Shown here piece by piece: positions 12,314 to 25,000 of a stretch of DNA of 64,000 nt (position 1 is its first letter; each line of letters begins with the position of its first letter). The DNA comes from Nemertoderma westbladi (taxonomy: Eukaryota > Animalia > Xenacoelomorpha), in the NCBI GenBank assembly GCA_032718475.1, contig JAUCBJ010003164.1, forward strand, positions 9,784-73,783, read 5' to 3'. The notes beneath the pieces were generated by a model, which saw only the letters and a list, made by a program, of their open reading frames with translations, had not been told where the DNA came from and did no database searches. The position numbers were made by a program, and so were the translations under genes.

Positions 12314-12330
12314 GGGGGGGGGGGGGGGGG
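12314..12330 (+). repeat. Poly-G tract (G17) just after the satellite; equivalents G13 at 31256-31268 and G20 at 45067-45086
   Basis: caaattgcaa(G)nttgtcacgaa in three units. Confidence 0.9.
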
Positions 12331-12719
12331 TTGTCACGAATTTAATCTCCGCTAATTACAGTAATATCTCATCTCGTCGAATAAGAGATGTAACTTATCA
12401 ATTAAGGGGTAGGTGCTGGTTATAATGGTACGTTATTCTAACCAAAACAATAAACATTTACACAGTTACAGTTACATTTTTGCGAGTAATCAATAATTGT
12501 TACAGTATTTGCTACGGTTTCCCCCTTAAAAGGGTTAAATTTTGGTTGCGTCGAGAACACCAACACTACCTCCACCACTCGCCACTCCAGAGTCATTTCA
12601 TAATAATAATTAAATGCTTGAGTTAATACAATTATTTTATTCTTTAATTGTCAAGCTGAAGTAAAAAACCTTACCGGTAGGTATGCCAGTACAGTACGAT
12701 ACAAATACTAAAATAAAAA

Positions 12720-12817
12720 AGCAACTGACCATTAGACGTTGCATGCAATCAGTAATCAGCTGACGGCTGTCAGCTGATCAGTAGGTTTCGCCCCAATGGG
12801 GGCTTTCTCAAGTAGCT
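12720..12817 (-). ncRNA. Hammerhead-ribozyme-like motif in the PLE 3' UTR
   Basis: Minus strand AGCUAC-UUGAGAA-A-GCCCC(CAUU)GGGGC-GAAA-CC...GGUC-AGUUGCU: U3-A8 variant of CUGANGA, 5-bp stem II, GAAA, candidate GUC site, imperfect stem I. PLEs are known to carry hammerheads. Confidence 0.6.
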
Positions 12818-12897
12818 AGTGCTAGAAAGGAGACAATAGATAGAAGTTCCCAAGGGAGACGGGACGGTAAAGTGAAACAAGGTAGAAGTGTATCCGT

Positions 12898-13662
12898 CTA
12901 ACCACTGGGAAGCAGCACCTCAAACTTGCGCCAATCACGTTTCTGCTTGTTAATAGCTGGCTGGCGAGTGCGTATATAAAACATTTCTAGTTTTTGCAGG
13001 ACAGGACGCAAAGGGTGCCGTGCAATAACCTTGAAGTGTTTGAACAACTCTCGCCAGTCAGTCAACCAACGTGTGTTGGGCTCCCCGCGGTGCGTCATGA
13101 TATGGTTGTGAACTGTCTTGCCTTGTTCACTACCATCATTGGCCGACCCGTCTTGATGCTGTCTAACGCGTTCAAATAAGTGTTGGATGGTATGTCCAAC
13201 ATATTCCCCCTTACAAGAGGGACAAGCAAATGAATACACGACGTTAGAAGCCAGAATATCGGGAACCGGATGTTTCAATGATGGCAGTGATTGGCGCAGT
13301 TTGGCAGTTGTGTAAACAAACCGCACTGGCCGTGCGCAAGATCTCGGTACTAGACCACGTAGCCTACGAACGAAAAGTTCGGTAGCCCGACCGCGGTACT
13401 CAAACTTACAGATGATAGGCCTGGGATTATCTACGGGTGCTGGATCCACCAGGTCAATGACCTCAGTGGGTGCAACCGCAGTCACCTCGCTCTCACTACA
13501 ATTGCCAAGACGCCCCCTAGCGGCACGGACGGCGGTAAGCTCGCGTTGAATCATCGCATTCGTATATTGGTTATTGCTAAGAATGGTGTTAGCTTCGCCA
13601 ATTGCAGAAAGGAGCTGGGAGCCATCCCCGCCCTTACTGACGTTGAAGACTGAGAGAGTCAT
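12898..13662 (-). CDS. C-terminal fragment of PLE protein: RT thumb-like region, linker and GIY-YIG endonuclease (no RT core)
   Basis: ILSNNQYTNAMI resembles the LxxNGYPxxxI motif. SNVVYSFACPSCKGEYVGHT...ERVRQH...VHNH...LEMFYIRTRQPAINKQ gives the VVY/YVG core, CxxC..H..H, and conserved R, E and N typical of PLE endonucleases. The start codon comes from the insertion junction. Confidence 0.88.
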   Translation of the reverse strand: MTLSVFNVSKGGDGSQLLSAIGEANTILSNNQYTNAMIQRELTAVRAARGRLGNCSESEVTAVAPTEVIDLVDPAPVDNPRPIICKFEYRGRATELFVRRLRGLVPRSCARPVRFVYTTAKLRQSLPSLKHPVPDILASNVVYSFACPSCKGEYVGHTIQHLFERVRQHQDGSANDGSEQGKTVHNHIMTHRGEPNTRWLTDWRELFKHFKVIARHPLRPVLQKLEMFYIRTRQPAINKQKRDWRKFEVLLPSG

Positions 13663-14516
13663 TGAAGACTGAGAGTCATTTCAAACCGAAATTTATTCGC
13701 CAAAAAATACTTGTCTTGAATAATTCTTGACATTAAGTTTAATAACGACGAAGGCCAGCCCTAACTAACAAGCACAATACGGTTATGACAATACAGTTAC
13801 GTAAAGATATTTATTAGCCAAGCAAATAATGACGTAACACTGTGACACGTTATTATTATTGCACAAAGAATGACCAACCCAAAAAATGGCTTGTCTTCAA
13901 AGTGAACGCCACTTAGATCACGCTAACTACTTACTGTATACTCTCGGAGAAACATTAATAATTAGTTTAATTAATTTATAAATTATTAATTAAATTGAAA
14001 CAACTGAGTTTATAATTAGAATTTAATAAAAGTATTTAAACGAAATATAACATAACATATATGTGCAAAATGCGCAGAGAAAATATACCGATACTGTAGC
14101 GCACGAAAGACTCAAAGAAAAATTAAAAAAATACAGATTGATGGTTAAAATAAACCAAAATTATAAAACGAGGGTGGGCTACAATTTTAAGGATCGTTAA
14201 ATACAGTATGGTTGTTACTCGTCAGTAACATGAAATGGAATAGAAACACAACGCAATTCAGTGTTCCATACCAAAAAATATCAACCAATTACATTTTAAC
14301 ACGTAAATAAATACCGACTTTTGTGTCCATTTGTGCTTAATATGAGTGACAGCTACAGATAAATAATAAAATTACACCCAAATATTTATTGTGTACGTTG
14401 CAGCCATATAACAGTATTATGAAGCCATTGACGTCAGCAACATTACGAGAATGTATTAATACTGTCAAACTATTAGGTAAGGATATCACTTTCGCTTTTC
14501 CCTTTAGGACACCTGT

Positions 14517-16926
14517 CTATCTCAGACTGCCTCTGTGGTGTGGGGATGCGTAATCCTCCACGATTGGTTGTTGTTCCACTGAGTAGAACTGGTTGTTATA
14601 AGGTTCGGGGTTGTAGGCTTCACTCTGAACATAGTTCGAGCTGTCCTGCCCAACTGTACCGTAGGATTTCGCCGCACCGTCTAGCTTATCTTTATTATCT
14701 AGAATTATAATGAAGTCATTAATAGAAACTAATTGATACAATACTGTAGGGGTAAATTTATAGTACCGCGCCAACTAGCGGTGGTTGTATGCACCGGATT
14801 GCATCGCAAGGCAGCCATTATGGGGCGAGCCATGTACTAGTTCAAAAGTATTAACTAGAGTCATATTCTTTCCAAAATTCTAACTAAATGAGGATACATT
14901 TAATACCCTCTCTAGCTTATTTATGAGGGTGTATCTGTATCCTGCTCTTTTCATTTTCTTTTACTTTTTCTTCTTTCAACTTTTTTTTTATTTGAAGGTT
15001 CTTCTGTCACTTTACCTTCAGTAATTTACCAACAATTAATTATTGAACTACTATTGTGATTTCACTACAAACTGGTTATATTTAACATTTTATATAATCG
15101 CATTTACCTAGGCAGGTATCTTTCTCATCGGCCCAAGGTTGTTTCTCACCAGACGCGAATACCCCGTAGAATATGATCCCGGCGTAGTGGACTGTAGACG
15201 CTATGATAAACACACTTTGCCATTCCAACGCCATCTAGAGGAAGACAATTAATAGGGTAGTAATTAATTTTAAGGATTTATAATAAAGAAAGTATCTGTG
15301 CATCATGATTTTAAATAACTTTAATTGAACTTAATATACTTATACTTTTTTAATAAAACAACATTTTAATGTTAATTTCTGTTTTGATATTTCTTCCGAA
15401 AAAAAAAACAATAAAAATGTTGGTTTAATATAATAAACAAATTTAATAACGCAATCGCATCGTACCTTGTGTTTGGTGAGCAGACCAACAACCATGGGAC
15501 ACACCATCCCGGATAAAGTTCCGACCCCGTTAGAGATACCCATTAGTATGCTAGCGAACCGGGGAGCAATGTCCAGGTGGTTAACGTTGAATCCTGAGGA
15601 CATATATAATCATAAAAAATACAAGTTCAAAGAAATTAAACTAAATGTTGCAAAATTATTAATGAAAAAATTTACAAAGATAATTAATCAAGAAAAACGT
15701 AATATTATTAATCCCAAATGCTAAAACTAATTTAAGGATGTAATATAATTAATGGTTTTGTTCAGAAATGGAAAAAATGAGAAAGCGCGTCACCGGGGGT
15801 TGAAAACTACAGTAATTAAACACGACATCTCAATAAATCACTGTCTAGACACCTACCGCGCCATTCTAACGTACCTGCGGTAATTAAATTTCCCATTATT
15901 GTCATTCATATTAACATTATTTTGGTTAAATTGAGTGAAAAACATGTTATCAATGGGTAGGATGCAAAAAAAACACCATAATTATAGTAAAAGTTTATAT
16001 TTTTGGTGTGTAAAATAATTATAGAAAAAGTTTTAAGATTGCAGTACACGGTGTGGTGTGGAAGTTAGGCAGTCCTATTCCATATGAAACCGAAAGTTTG
16101 TTATGAATTCTGTACCGTGTTGACTATTATGTCACAATACTGTGGGGCGAGCCACGAAAGTAAACGAACTTATAATACGGGTACCACTATCTGCTTGGCG
16201 GTCGGTCGGTCGCCCGGTCTTTCTGTCTGTCGGACTTATCATTAAATGCTTTATTCTCAGGAAACGCAGTTTCCTGAGTTTTATTCGCAGTTTCTTAAAA
16301 CGTTGTAGGACTGAACTATGAAAAATGTTTAGAAAGTCTGACAGACTTGAAGGTCATCGGTCCGCAGTTCTCCAGTATGCCGCTAGAGTGCAAAATGTTT
16401 GAAGTTGAAAAACTTCCACCGTTTTATTTTTATTTTAATTAGTTCAAACTTGGCATATATGTACTAGAAAACTGGCTGCTTCATTGTGAGGCGGTACTCC
16501 GTCTCCACTTCTAATGATTCGCTATCGGGATCGAGATGTCTGAAAGTGAAACCCTTCTCTTATTTCGTTATTTGTTATACGTTAAAACCGCCTAGTGGAA
16601 CTTAATTTTTTGCTATATTAATAATAAATTGTAACAGAATAATACGGTTACAGCAGGCCTATATATTAAAAAAAACTCTTACCCGATATGGCAAATCCAC
16701 TAAACCCTACAGCCATGGTCAGGCAGGTTATAGCTGTTGTGCGGTCTCTTGTCATGGCAACACCCAATAGGAAACTAGCCTCCATACCGAAACCGCCGCA
16801 GTTGAAGATCTTTCGAACGGCCGTGGTTGATAAAATACCGCGCGATCGCAGAAAATCCGCCATGTATCCACCGATAGGAACCAAAATCGCCATTACAAGA
16901 TGGGGTAGGGCCGAAAGGATACCAAT
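14517..16926 (-). CDS. VGLUT: VGLUT 3' partial, copy 2: exons 16926-16683, 15593-15466, 15234-15108, 14698-14517
   Basis: Same exons and splice sites as copy 1 at offsets 14173-14176; frame intact. Confidence 0.92.
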
Positions 16927-17460
16927 CTGTCGTGAAAGAATACATTATATCAATAAATTATGTAGGAAAGGGAAAGTCCAAAGCATATAATTAATAATCT
17001 ATTGTTAGATAACGAGTTTGTATTGTTGGTTGGACTTATGTTAAAGTGACCAAATGGAATCAAAAGAAAGATGTTACGATATGAGTATATATTTCGGGCA
17101 ACAGCCCATTATCAACTCATAATAATCTATTGTGGTTCTGGAAATGTGATACAAAGTTGCCAAGTGATCTACTTAAATTTGTGCACAAAAATATCGGATT
17201 TGATAAGATTCGAACTCACGGTCTCTAGCTGATAAGTCGAACGCGCTCTCAGATACACGTTACAAAACTATTGATAAAAGTTAAACACGAAATATCGGGG
17301 CAACCTGAAATCTACTCTCTCTTCACTGTTACCTGTAAAGCGGAAATCGCACACTCTACAGTAACTTACACGGATGCAGAGCACCTTAGTAGCTACCCAA
17401 TGCCAATTCCGCCCGCAAAATAAGGTTCCCATATCGATGGTTAGACACCAAGTTACGAAA

Positions 17461-17593
17461 ACTCACCTGGCACACAAAACGGGTACTGGCCATAGACTCA
17501 CCTGGGACTCAAAAGGGGAACTGGGCTGGCCATAGACTCACCTGGGACACAAAACGGGGGCTGGGCATAGACTCACCTGGGACACAAAACGGG
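17461..17593 (-). repeat. CAG|GTGAGT minisatellite, unit 2 (4 units)
   Basis: Same as 3288-3420. Confidence 0.85.
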
Positions 17594-19037
17594 TACGGGA
17601 TTATAATAAATAAATTACCTTTCTTGTAATCGTCCCTGGTCCTGAAACACTTTAATATATTTGATTGCGAACGGCCATTAATGCGACGTCTCTATAATAA
17701 AGCAGATAATATTTAGGCCTATGAATAAACAAACTATAATAATACTGGAATACAAAACTAAACACTAAATAGGGTAACTAACTAGAAAGTCAAGGTTAAA
17801 CCATACCGAATGAATATAATACAAAGCCGGTTGGTTGAAAGCATATTATATTGATATGAAGACACAAGAGTATTGTTATTGACTTCGCAATACAAAGTAA
17901 TTATATGTCTGGAGGGAGGAATGACCCCGTGCCTTTGTATAATAGCCGACCCACCGACTGGCATTCAAATAATAATAATATGCTTCTACGGCTACGGTAC
18001 TGTACAGCCAATAAGAACATTGAATATTAGTTAAAGGCAATGGCTGTATGAATAGCCGCGTTAAGTTAAACTGCAACAGAGGTGTATGTAAAGTGAAAGA
18101 AATAGGCCACAGTCACTCAGGTAAGCAAGCCTGAATGAGATGATGAGTATGACAAGGGCTTGAAGTATTGGCTACCCCGCCCATCAACTATAGTAACTGT
18201 ATGATATTTCGTCTTAAATTCCCGCTTTGAGGTTCTGAAGGATGAGTTGATTCCACTTTTTAGCTGTTATTTAGGTGAAACAAAAGATAAGAAGAGGACT
18301 TAAAGGAACACTTTATATTTTCACTTAATTAACAGCAGAAATATTTTGGAATTGAAGTTATTAATTTTTGTAGATAACTTTCTCCAGAAATGTGTGAAAG
18401 ACAATTTTGAAAATCAGCGAGATTTTGTGAAAGTGTCTTTAAAAAATGAGTGTAAGTCAGCCAATGGGCATAGCTGAATCGACATTATGTTTTTTTTGTA
18501 ATAACGCGCCATAGAATAACATGGAGTAACTATGACAATACCATGGTAAGGGCCAGTCCTTAGCATATAAATAATAATTGTCTCTAGCGGCTGCACCCCC
18601 CCCCCGGCCGTCTCTCTCTGCTGCCTCTAGCGTCGGTAGTAAATTCATACTGTGCCACGTGGTGGTGTGTAACACTTTTCCTATTGTAAGTACAATGAAT
18701 GTGGAAGGGATGGATAAGGCAATAATTATTCTATCATAGAAGGGGAATATTATATGTTGATGTGGGCAGGGAATAATGCCGGTGGTTGGGTTATATTGTT
18801 AAAGTAATGAAAAGTTTAAAGGTCTGTATGTTCGGTTGTTGTGAATGAAAAATGCTAATTTAAAGTTCTTTAGATTCACTGTAAATTGATCTTTCTATTA
18901 TTCATACCAAGAACTAACAATCAGGATCAAGAATAACCTTATTTAAAAAATGTATTATTATATATCCTGCGGTATGCAATGCCATTGGTTTCAATGTCGA
19001 TTACAATATCAATATCGGTTATTGGTATCGGTTACTG

Positions 19038-21994
19038 GTACTTGTACTTGTACTTGTATTTGTACTTGTACTTGTACTTGTACTTGTACTTGTACTTCTA
19101 ATTGTACTTGTACTTGTACTTGTACTTGTACTTGTACTTGTACTGGTACTTGTACTGGTACTTGTACCTGTACTTGTACTTGTACTTGTACCTGTACTTG
19201 TACTTGTACTTGAACTTGTACTTGTACTTGTACCTGTACTTGTACTTGTACCTGTACTTGTACTTGTACTTGTAATTGAACTTGAACTTGTAATTGTACT
19301 TGTACTTGTACTTGTACATGTACTTGAACTTGTACTTGTAATTGTACTTGTACTTGTACTTGTACTTGAACTTGTACTTGTAATTGTGCTTGTGCTTGTG
19401 CTTATGCTTGTACTTGTACTTGTACTTGTACATGTACTTGAACTTGTACTTGTACTTGAACTTGTACTTGTACTTGTACCTGTACTTGTACTTGTACTTG
19501 AACTTGTACATGTACTTGAACTTGTACCTGTACCTGTACTTGTACTTGTGCTTCTAATTGTACTTGTACTTGTAATTGTGCTTGTGCTTGTGCTTGTGCT
19601 TATGCTTGTGCTTGTACTTGTACTTGTACTTGTACTTGTACTTGAACTTGTACTTGTACTTGAACTTGTACTTGTACTTGCACTTGTACTTGTAATTGTG
19701 CTTGTGCTTGTGCTTATGCTTGTGCTTGTACTTGTACTTGTACATGTACTTGAACTTGTACTTGTACTTGAACTTGTACTTGTACTTGCACTTGTACTTG
19801 TAATTGTGCTTGTGCTTGTGCTTATGCTTGTTCTTGTACTTGAACTTGCACTTGTACTTGCACTTGTACTTGTAATTGTGCTTGTGCTTGTGCTTGTGCT
19901 TGTGCTTGTACTTGTACTTGCACTTGTACTTGCACTTGTACTTGTAATTGTGCTTGTGCTTGTGCTTGTGCTTATGCTTGTGCTTGTACTTGTACTTGTA
20001 CATGTACTTGAACTTGTACTTGAACTTGTACTTGTACTTGTACCTGTACTTGTACTTGAACTTGTACATGTACATGTACTTGAACGGGTACCTGTACCTG
20101 TACTTGTACTTGTACTTGTATTTGTACTTGTACTTGTACTTGTACTTGTACTTGTACTTGTACCTGTACTTGTACTTGCTTGTACTTGAACTTGTACATG
20201 TACTTGAACTTGTACCTGTACCTGTACTTGTACTTGTACTTGTACTTCTAATTGTACTTGTACTTGTAATTGTGCTTGTGCTTGTGCTTATGCTTGTGCT
20301 TGTACTTGTACTTGTACTTGAACTTGTACTTGTACTTGTACTTGAACTTGTACTTGTAATTGTGCTTGTGCTTGTGCTTATGCTTGTGCTTGTGCTTGTG
20401 CTTATGCTTGTGCTTGTACTTGTACTTGTACTTGTACATGTACTTGAACTTGTACTTGTACTTGAACTTGTACTTGTACTTGTAATTGTGCTTGTGCTTG
20501 TGCTTATGCTTGTTCTTGTACTTGAACTTGCACTTGTACTTGCACTTGTACTTGTAATTGTGCTTGTGCTTGTGCTTGTGCTTGTGCTTGTGCTTGTACT
20601 TGTACTTGTACATGTACTTGAACTTGTACTTGAACTTGTACTTGTACTTGTACCTGTACTTGTACTTGAACTTGTACATGTACATGTACTTGAACGGGTA
20701 CCTGTACCTGTACTTGTACTTGTACTTGTATTTGTACTTGTACTTGTACTTGTACTTGTACTTGTACTTGTACTTGTACATGTACTTGAACTTGTACTTG
20801 TACTTGTACTTGAACTTGTACCTGTACTTGTACTTGTACTTGTACTTGTACTTGAACTTGTACATGTACTTGTACCTGTACTTGTACTTGAACTTGTACT
20901 TGTACTTGTACTTGCACTTGTACTTGTAATTGTACTTGTACTTGTACTTGAACTTGTACTTGTACTTGTACTTGCACTTGTACTTGTGCTTGTGCTTGTG
21001 CTTATGCTTGTGCTTGTACTTGTACTTGTACTTGTACTTGTACATGTACTTGAACTTGTACTTGTACTTGAACTTGTACTTGTACTTGCACTTGTACTTG
21101 TAATTGTGCTTGTGCTTATGCTTGTTCTTGTACTTGAACTTGCACTTGTACTTGCACTTGTACTTGTAATTGTGCTTGTGCTTGTGCTTATGCTTGTGCT
21201 TGTACTTGTACATGTACTTGAACTTGTACTTGAACTTGTACCTGTACTTGTACTTGAACTTGTACATGTACATGTACTTGAACGGGTACCTGTACCTGTA
21301 CTTGTACTTGTACTTCTAATTGTACTTGTACTTGCACTTGTAATTGTGCTTGTGCTTATGCTTGGGCTTGTGCTTGTACTTGTACTTGTACTTGCACTTG
21401 TACTTGTAATTGTGCTTATGCTTGTGCTTGTGCTTGTGCTTGTACTTGTACTTGTACTTGTACATGTACTTGAACTTGTACTTGAACTTGTACTTGTACT
21501 TGCACTTGTACTTGTAATTGTGCATGTGCTTGTGCTTGTGCTTATGCTTGTACTTGTACTTGTACTTGTACTTGTACTTGCACTTGTACTTGTACTTGTA
21601 CATGTACTTGTACTTGTACTTGAACTTGTACTTGTACCTGTACTTGTACTTGTACTTGTACCTGTACTTGTACTTGTACTTGTAATTGAACTTGTACTTG
21701 TACATGAACTTGTACTTGTACTTGAACTTGTACTTGTACTTGAACTTGTACTTGTACTTGTACTTGAACTTGTACTTGTACTTGTAATTGTACTTGTACT
21801 TGTACATGTACTTGTACTTGTACTTATACCTGTACCTGTACTTGTACTTGTACTTGAACTTGTACTTGAACTTGTACTGGTACTTGTGCTTGAACTTGTA
21901 CTTGTACTTGTAATTGTACTTGTACTTGTACATGTACTTGTACTTGTACTTATACCTGTACCTGTACTTGTATTTGTAATTGTACTTGTACTTG
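19038..21994. repeat. (GTACTT)n array 2 (about 3.0 kb; rich in GTGCTT/GCACTT/ATGCTT variants)
   Basis: Direct reading. Confidence 0.98.
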
Positions 21995-22005
21995 TTGTAT
22001 TTTTT

Positions 22006-25000
22006 AGAATTCCGGTCAGTATTTTGGACAGTTTTGCCCGGAAATCCGGGCATTTTGCCGGATTTTTGGATGTCCGGGCATTCTAGTGCCCGGGCATCCG
22101 GACATCCGGGCGAATTTGGAACGGTCAAATTGTCGGACAGTAAAGTTTAATGGACGCCCGGATTTATAGAATTCCGGGCAGTATTTTGGACAAATTTGCC
22201 CGGAAATCCGGACATTTTGCCGGATTTTTGGATGTCCGGGCATTCCAGTGCCCGGGCGTCCGGATTTCCGGGCGACTTTGGAACGGACAAATAGTCGAAC
22301 AGACAAGTTTAATGGAAGCCCGGATTTACAAAATTCCGGGCACTATTTTGGACAAATTTGCCCGGAAATCCGGACAATTTGCCGGATTTTTGGATGTCCG
22401 GGCATTCCAGTGCCCGGGCGTCCGGACATCCGGGCGACTTTGGAACGGAAAAATAGTCGGACAGACAAGTTTAATAGACGCCCGGATTTACGGAAATCCG
22501 GCCAGTATTTTGGACAAATTTGCCCGGAAATCCGGACAATTTTCCGGATTTTTGGATGTCCGGGCATTCCAGTGCCCGGGCGTCCGGGCGACTTTAGAAC
22601 GGACAAATAGTCGGACAGAGAAGTTAAATGGACGCCCGGATTTATAGAATTCCGGGCAGTATTTTGGAGAAATTTGCCCGGAAATCCGGACATTTTGCCG
22701 GATTTTTGGATTTCCGGGCATTCCAGTGCCCGGGCGTCCGGACTTCCGGGCGACTTTGGAACGGACAAATAGTCGGACAGACAAGTTAAATGGACGCCCG
22801 GATTTACAGATTTCCGGGCAGTATTTTGGACGAATTTGCCCGGAAATCCGGACAATTTGCCGGATTTTTGGATGTCCGGGCATTCCAGTGCCCGGGCGTC
22901 CGGACTTCCGGGCGACTTTGGAACGGGAAAATAGTCGGACAGACAAGTTTAATAAACGCCCGGATTTACGGAATTCCGGGCAGTATTTTGGACAAATTTG
23001 CCGGAAATCCGGACAATTTGCCGGATTTTTGGATTTCCGGGCATTCCAGTGCCCGGGCGTCTGGACTTCCGGGCGACTTTAGAACGGACAAATAGTCGGA
23101 CAGAGAAGTTAAATGGACGCCCGGATTTATAGAATTCCGGGCAGTATTTTGGACAAATTTGCCCGGAAATCCGGACAATTTGCCGGATTTTTGGATGTCC
23201 GGGCATTCCAGTGCCCGGGCGTCCGGACTTCCGGGCGACTTTGGAACGGGAAAATAGTCGGACAGACAAGTTTAATAAACGCCCGGATTTACGGAATTCC
23301 GGGCAGTATTTTGGACAAATTTACCGGAAATCCGGACAATTTGCCGGATTTTTGGATTTCCGGGCATTCCAGTGCCCGGGCGTCCGGACTTCCGGGCGAC
23401 TTTAGAAAGGACAAATAGTCGGACAGAGAAGTTAAATGGACGCCCGGATTTATAGAATTCCGGGCAGTATTTTGGACAAATTTGCCCGGAAATCCGGACA
23501 TTTTGCCGGATTTTTGGATGTCCGGGCATTCCAGTGCCCGGGCGTCCGGATTTCCGGGCGACTTTGGAACGGACAAATAGTCGAACAGACAAGTTTAATG
23601 GAAGCCCGGATTTACAAAATTCCGGGCACTATTTTGGACAAATTTGCCCGGAAATCCGGACAATTTGCCGGATTTTTGGATGTCCGGGCATTCCAGTGCC
23701 CGGGCGTCCGGACATCCGGGCGACTTTGGAACGGAAAAATAGTCGGACAGACAAGTTTAATAGACGCCCGGATTTACGGAATTCCGGCCAGTATTTTGGA
23801 CAAATTTGCCCGGAAATCCGGACAATTTTGCCGGATTTTTGGATGTCCGGGCATTCCAGTGCCCGGGCGTCCGGACATCCGGGCGACTTTGGAACGGACA
23901 AATAGTCGGACAGACAAGTTAAATGGACGCCCGGATTTACAGATTTCCGGGCAGTATTTTGGACAAATTTGCCCGGAAATCCGGACATTTTGCCGGATTT
24001 TTGGATGTCCGGGCATTCCAGTGCCCGGGCGTCCGGACTTCCGGGCGACTTTGGAACGGACAAATAGTCGGACAGACAAGTTTAATGGACGCCCGGATTT
24101 ACAGAATTCCGGGCAGTATTTTGGACAAATTTGCCCGGAAATCCGGACATTTTGCCGGATTTTTGGATGTCCGGGCATTCCAGTGCCCGGGCGTCCGGAC
24201 ATCCGGGCGACTTTAGAACGGACAAATTGTCGGACAGACAAGTTAAATGGACGCCCGGATTTACAGAATTCCGGGCAGTATTTTGGACAAATTTGCCCGG
24301 AAATCCGGACATTTTGCCGGATTTTTGGATTTCCGGGCATTCCAGTGCCCGGGCGTCCGGACTTCCGGGCGACTTTGGAACGGACAAATAGTCGGACAGA
24401 CAAGTTTAATGGAAGCCCGGATTTACAGAATTCCGGGCACTATTTTGGACAAATTTGCCCGGAAATCCGGACATTTTGCCGGATTTTTGGATGTCCGGGC
24501 ATTCCAGTGCCCGGGCGTCCGGACTTCCGGGCGACTTTAGAACGGACAAATTGTCGGACAGACAAGTTAAATGGACGCCCGGATTTATAGAATTCCGGGC
24601 AGTATTTTGGACAAATTTGCCCGGAAATCCGGACAATTTGCCGGATTTTTGGATGTCCGGGCATTCCAGTGCCCGGGCGTCCGGACTTCCGGGCGACTTT
24701 GGAACGGAAAAATAGTCGGACAGACAAGTTTAATAGACGCCCGGATTTACGGAATTCCGGGCAGTATTTTGGACAAATTTGCCCGGAAATCCGGACATTT
24801 TGCCGGATTTTTGGATTTCCGGGCATTCCAGTGCCCGGGCGTCCGGACTTCCGGGCGACTTTGGAACGGACAAATAGTCGGACAGACAAGTTTAATGGAC
24901 GCCCGGATTTACAGATTTCCGGGCAGTATTTTGGACAAATTTGCCCGGAAATCCGGACATTTTGCCGGATTTTTGGATGTCCGGGCATTCCAGTGCCCGG

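Larger units (their letters stand above)
12601..13671 (-). mobile_element. 5'-truncated Penelope-like retroelement (PLE, C-terminal GIY-YIG type), 1071 bp, flanked by 12-bp TSD agagtcatttca (12589-12600 and 13672-13683)
   Basis: Absent from the equivalent sites in other units (single agagtcatttca at 31527-31538 and 45345-45356). Encodes a PLE thumb/linker plus GIY-YIG domain; ends in a short (TTA)n tail on the minus strand. Confidence 0.92.
1..14176. repeat. Macro-repeat unit 1 (14176 bp; phase set by the window start)
   Basis: ggctacaattttaaggatcg at 1 recurs at 14177, 32031 and 45890 with the same downstream module order. Confidence 0.95.

Noticed and set aside
4415-12330. Poly-C and poly-G tracts as terminal inverted repeats of a transposon
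   Set aside because: Complementarity does not extend beyond the homopolymers and no TSD is visible.
12755-12782. SECIS element in the PLE 3' UTR hairpin
   Set aside because: No apical AA motif and no in-frame UGA in the ORF; better explained as part of the hammerhead-like fold.
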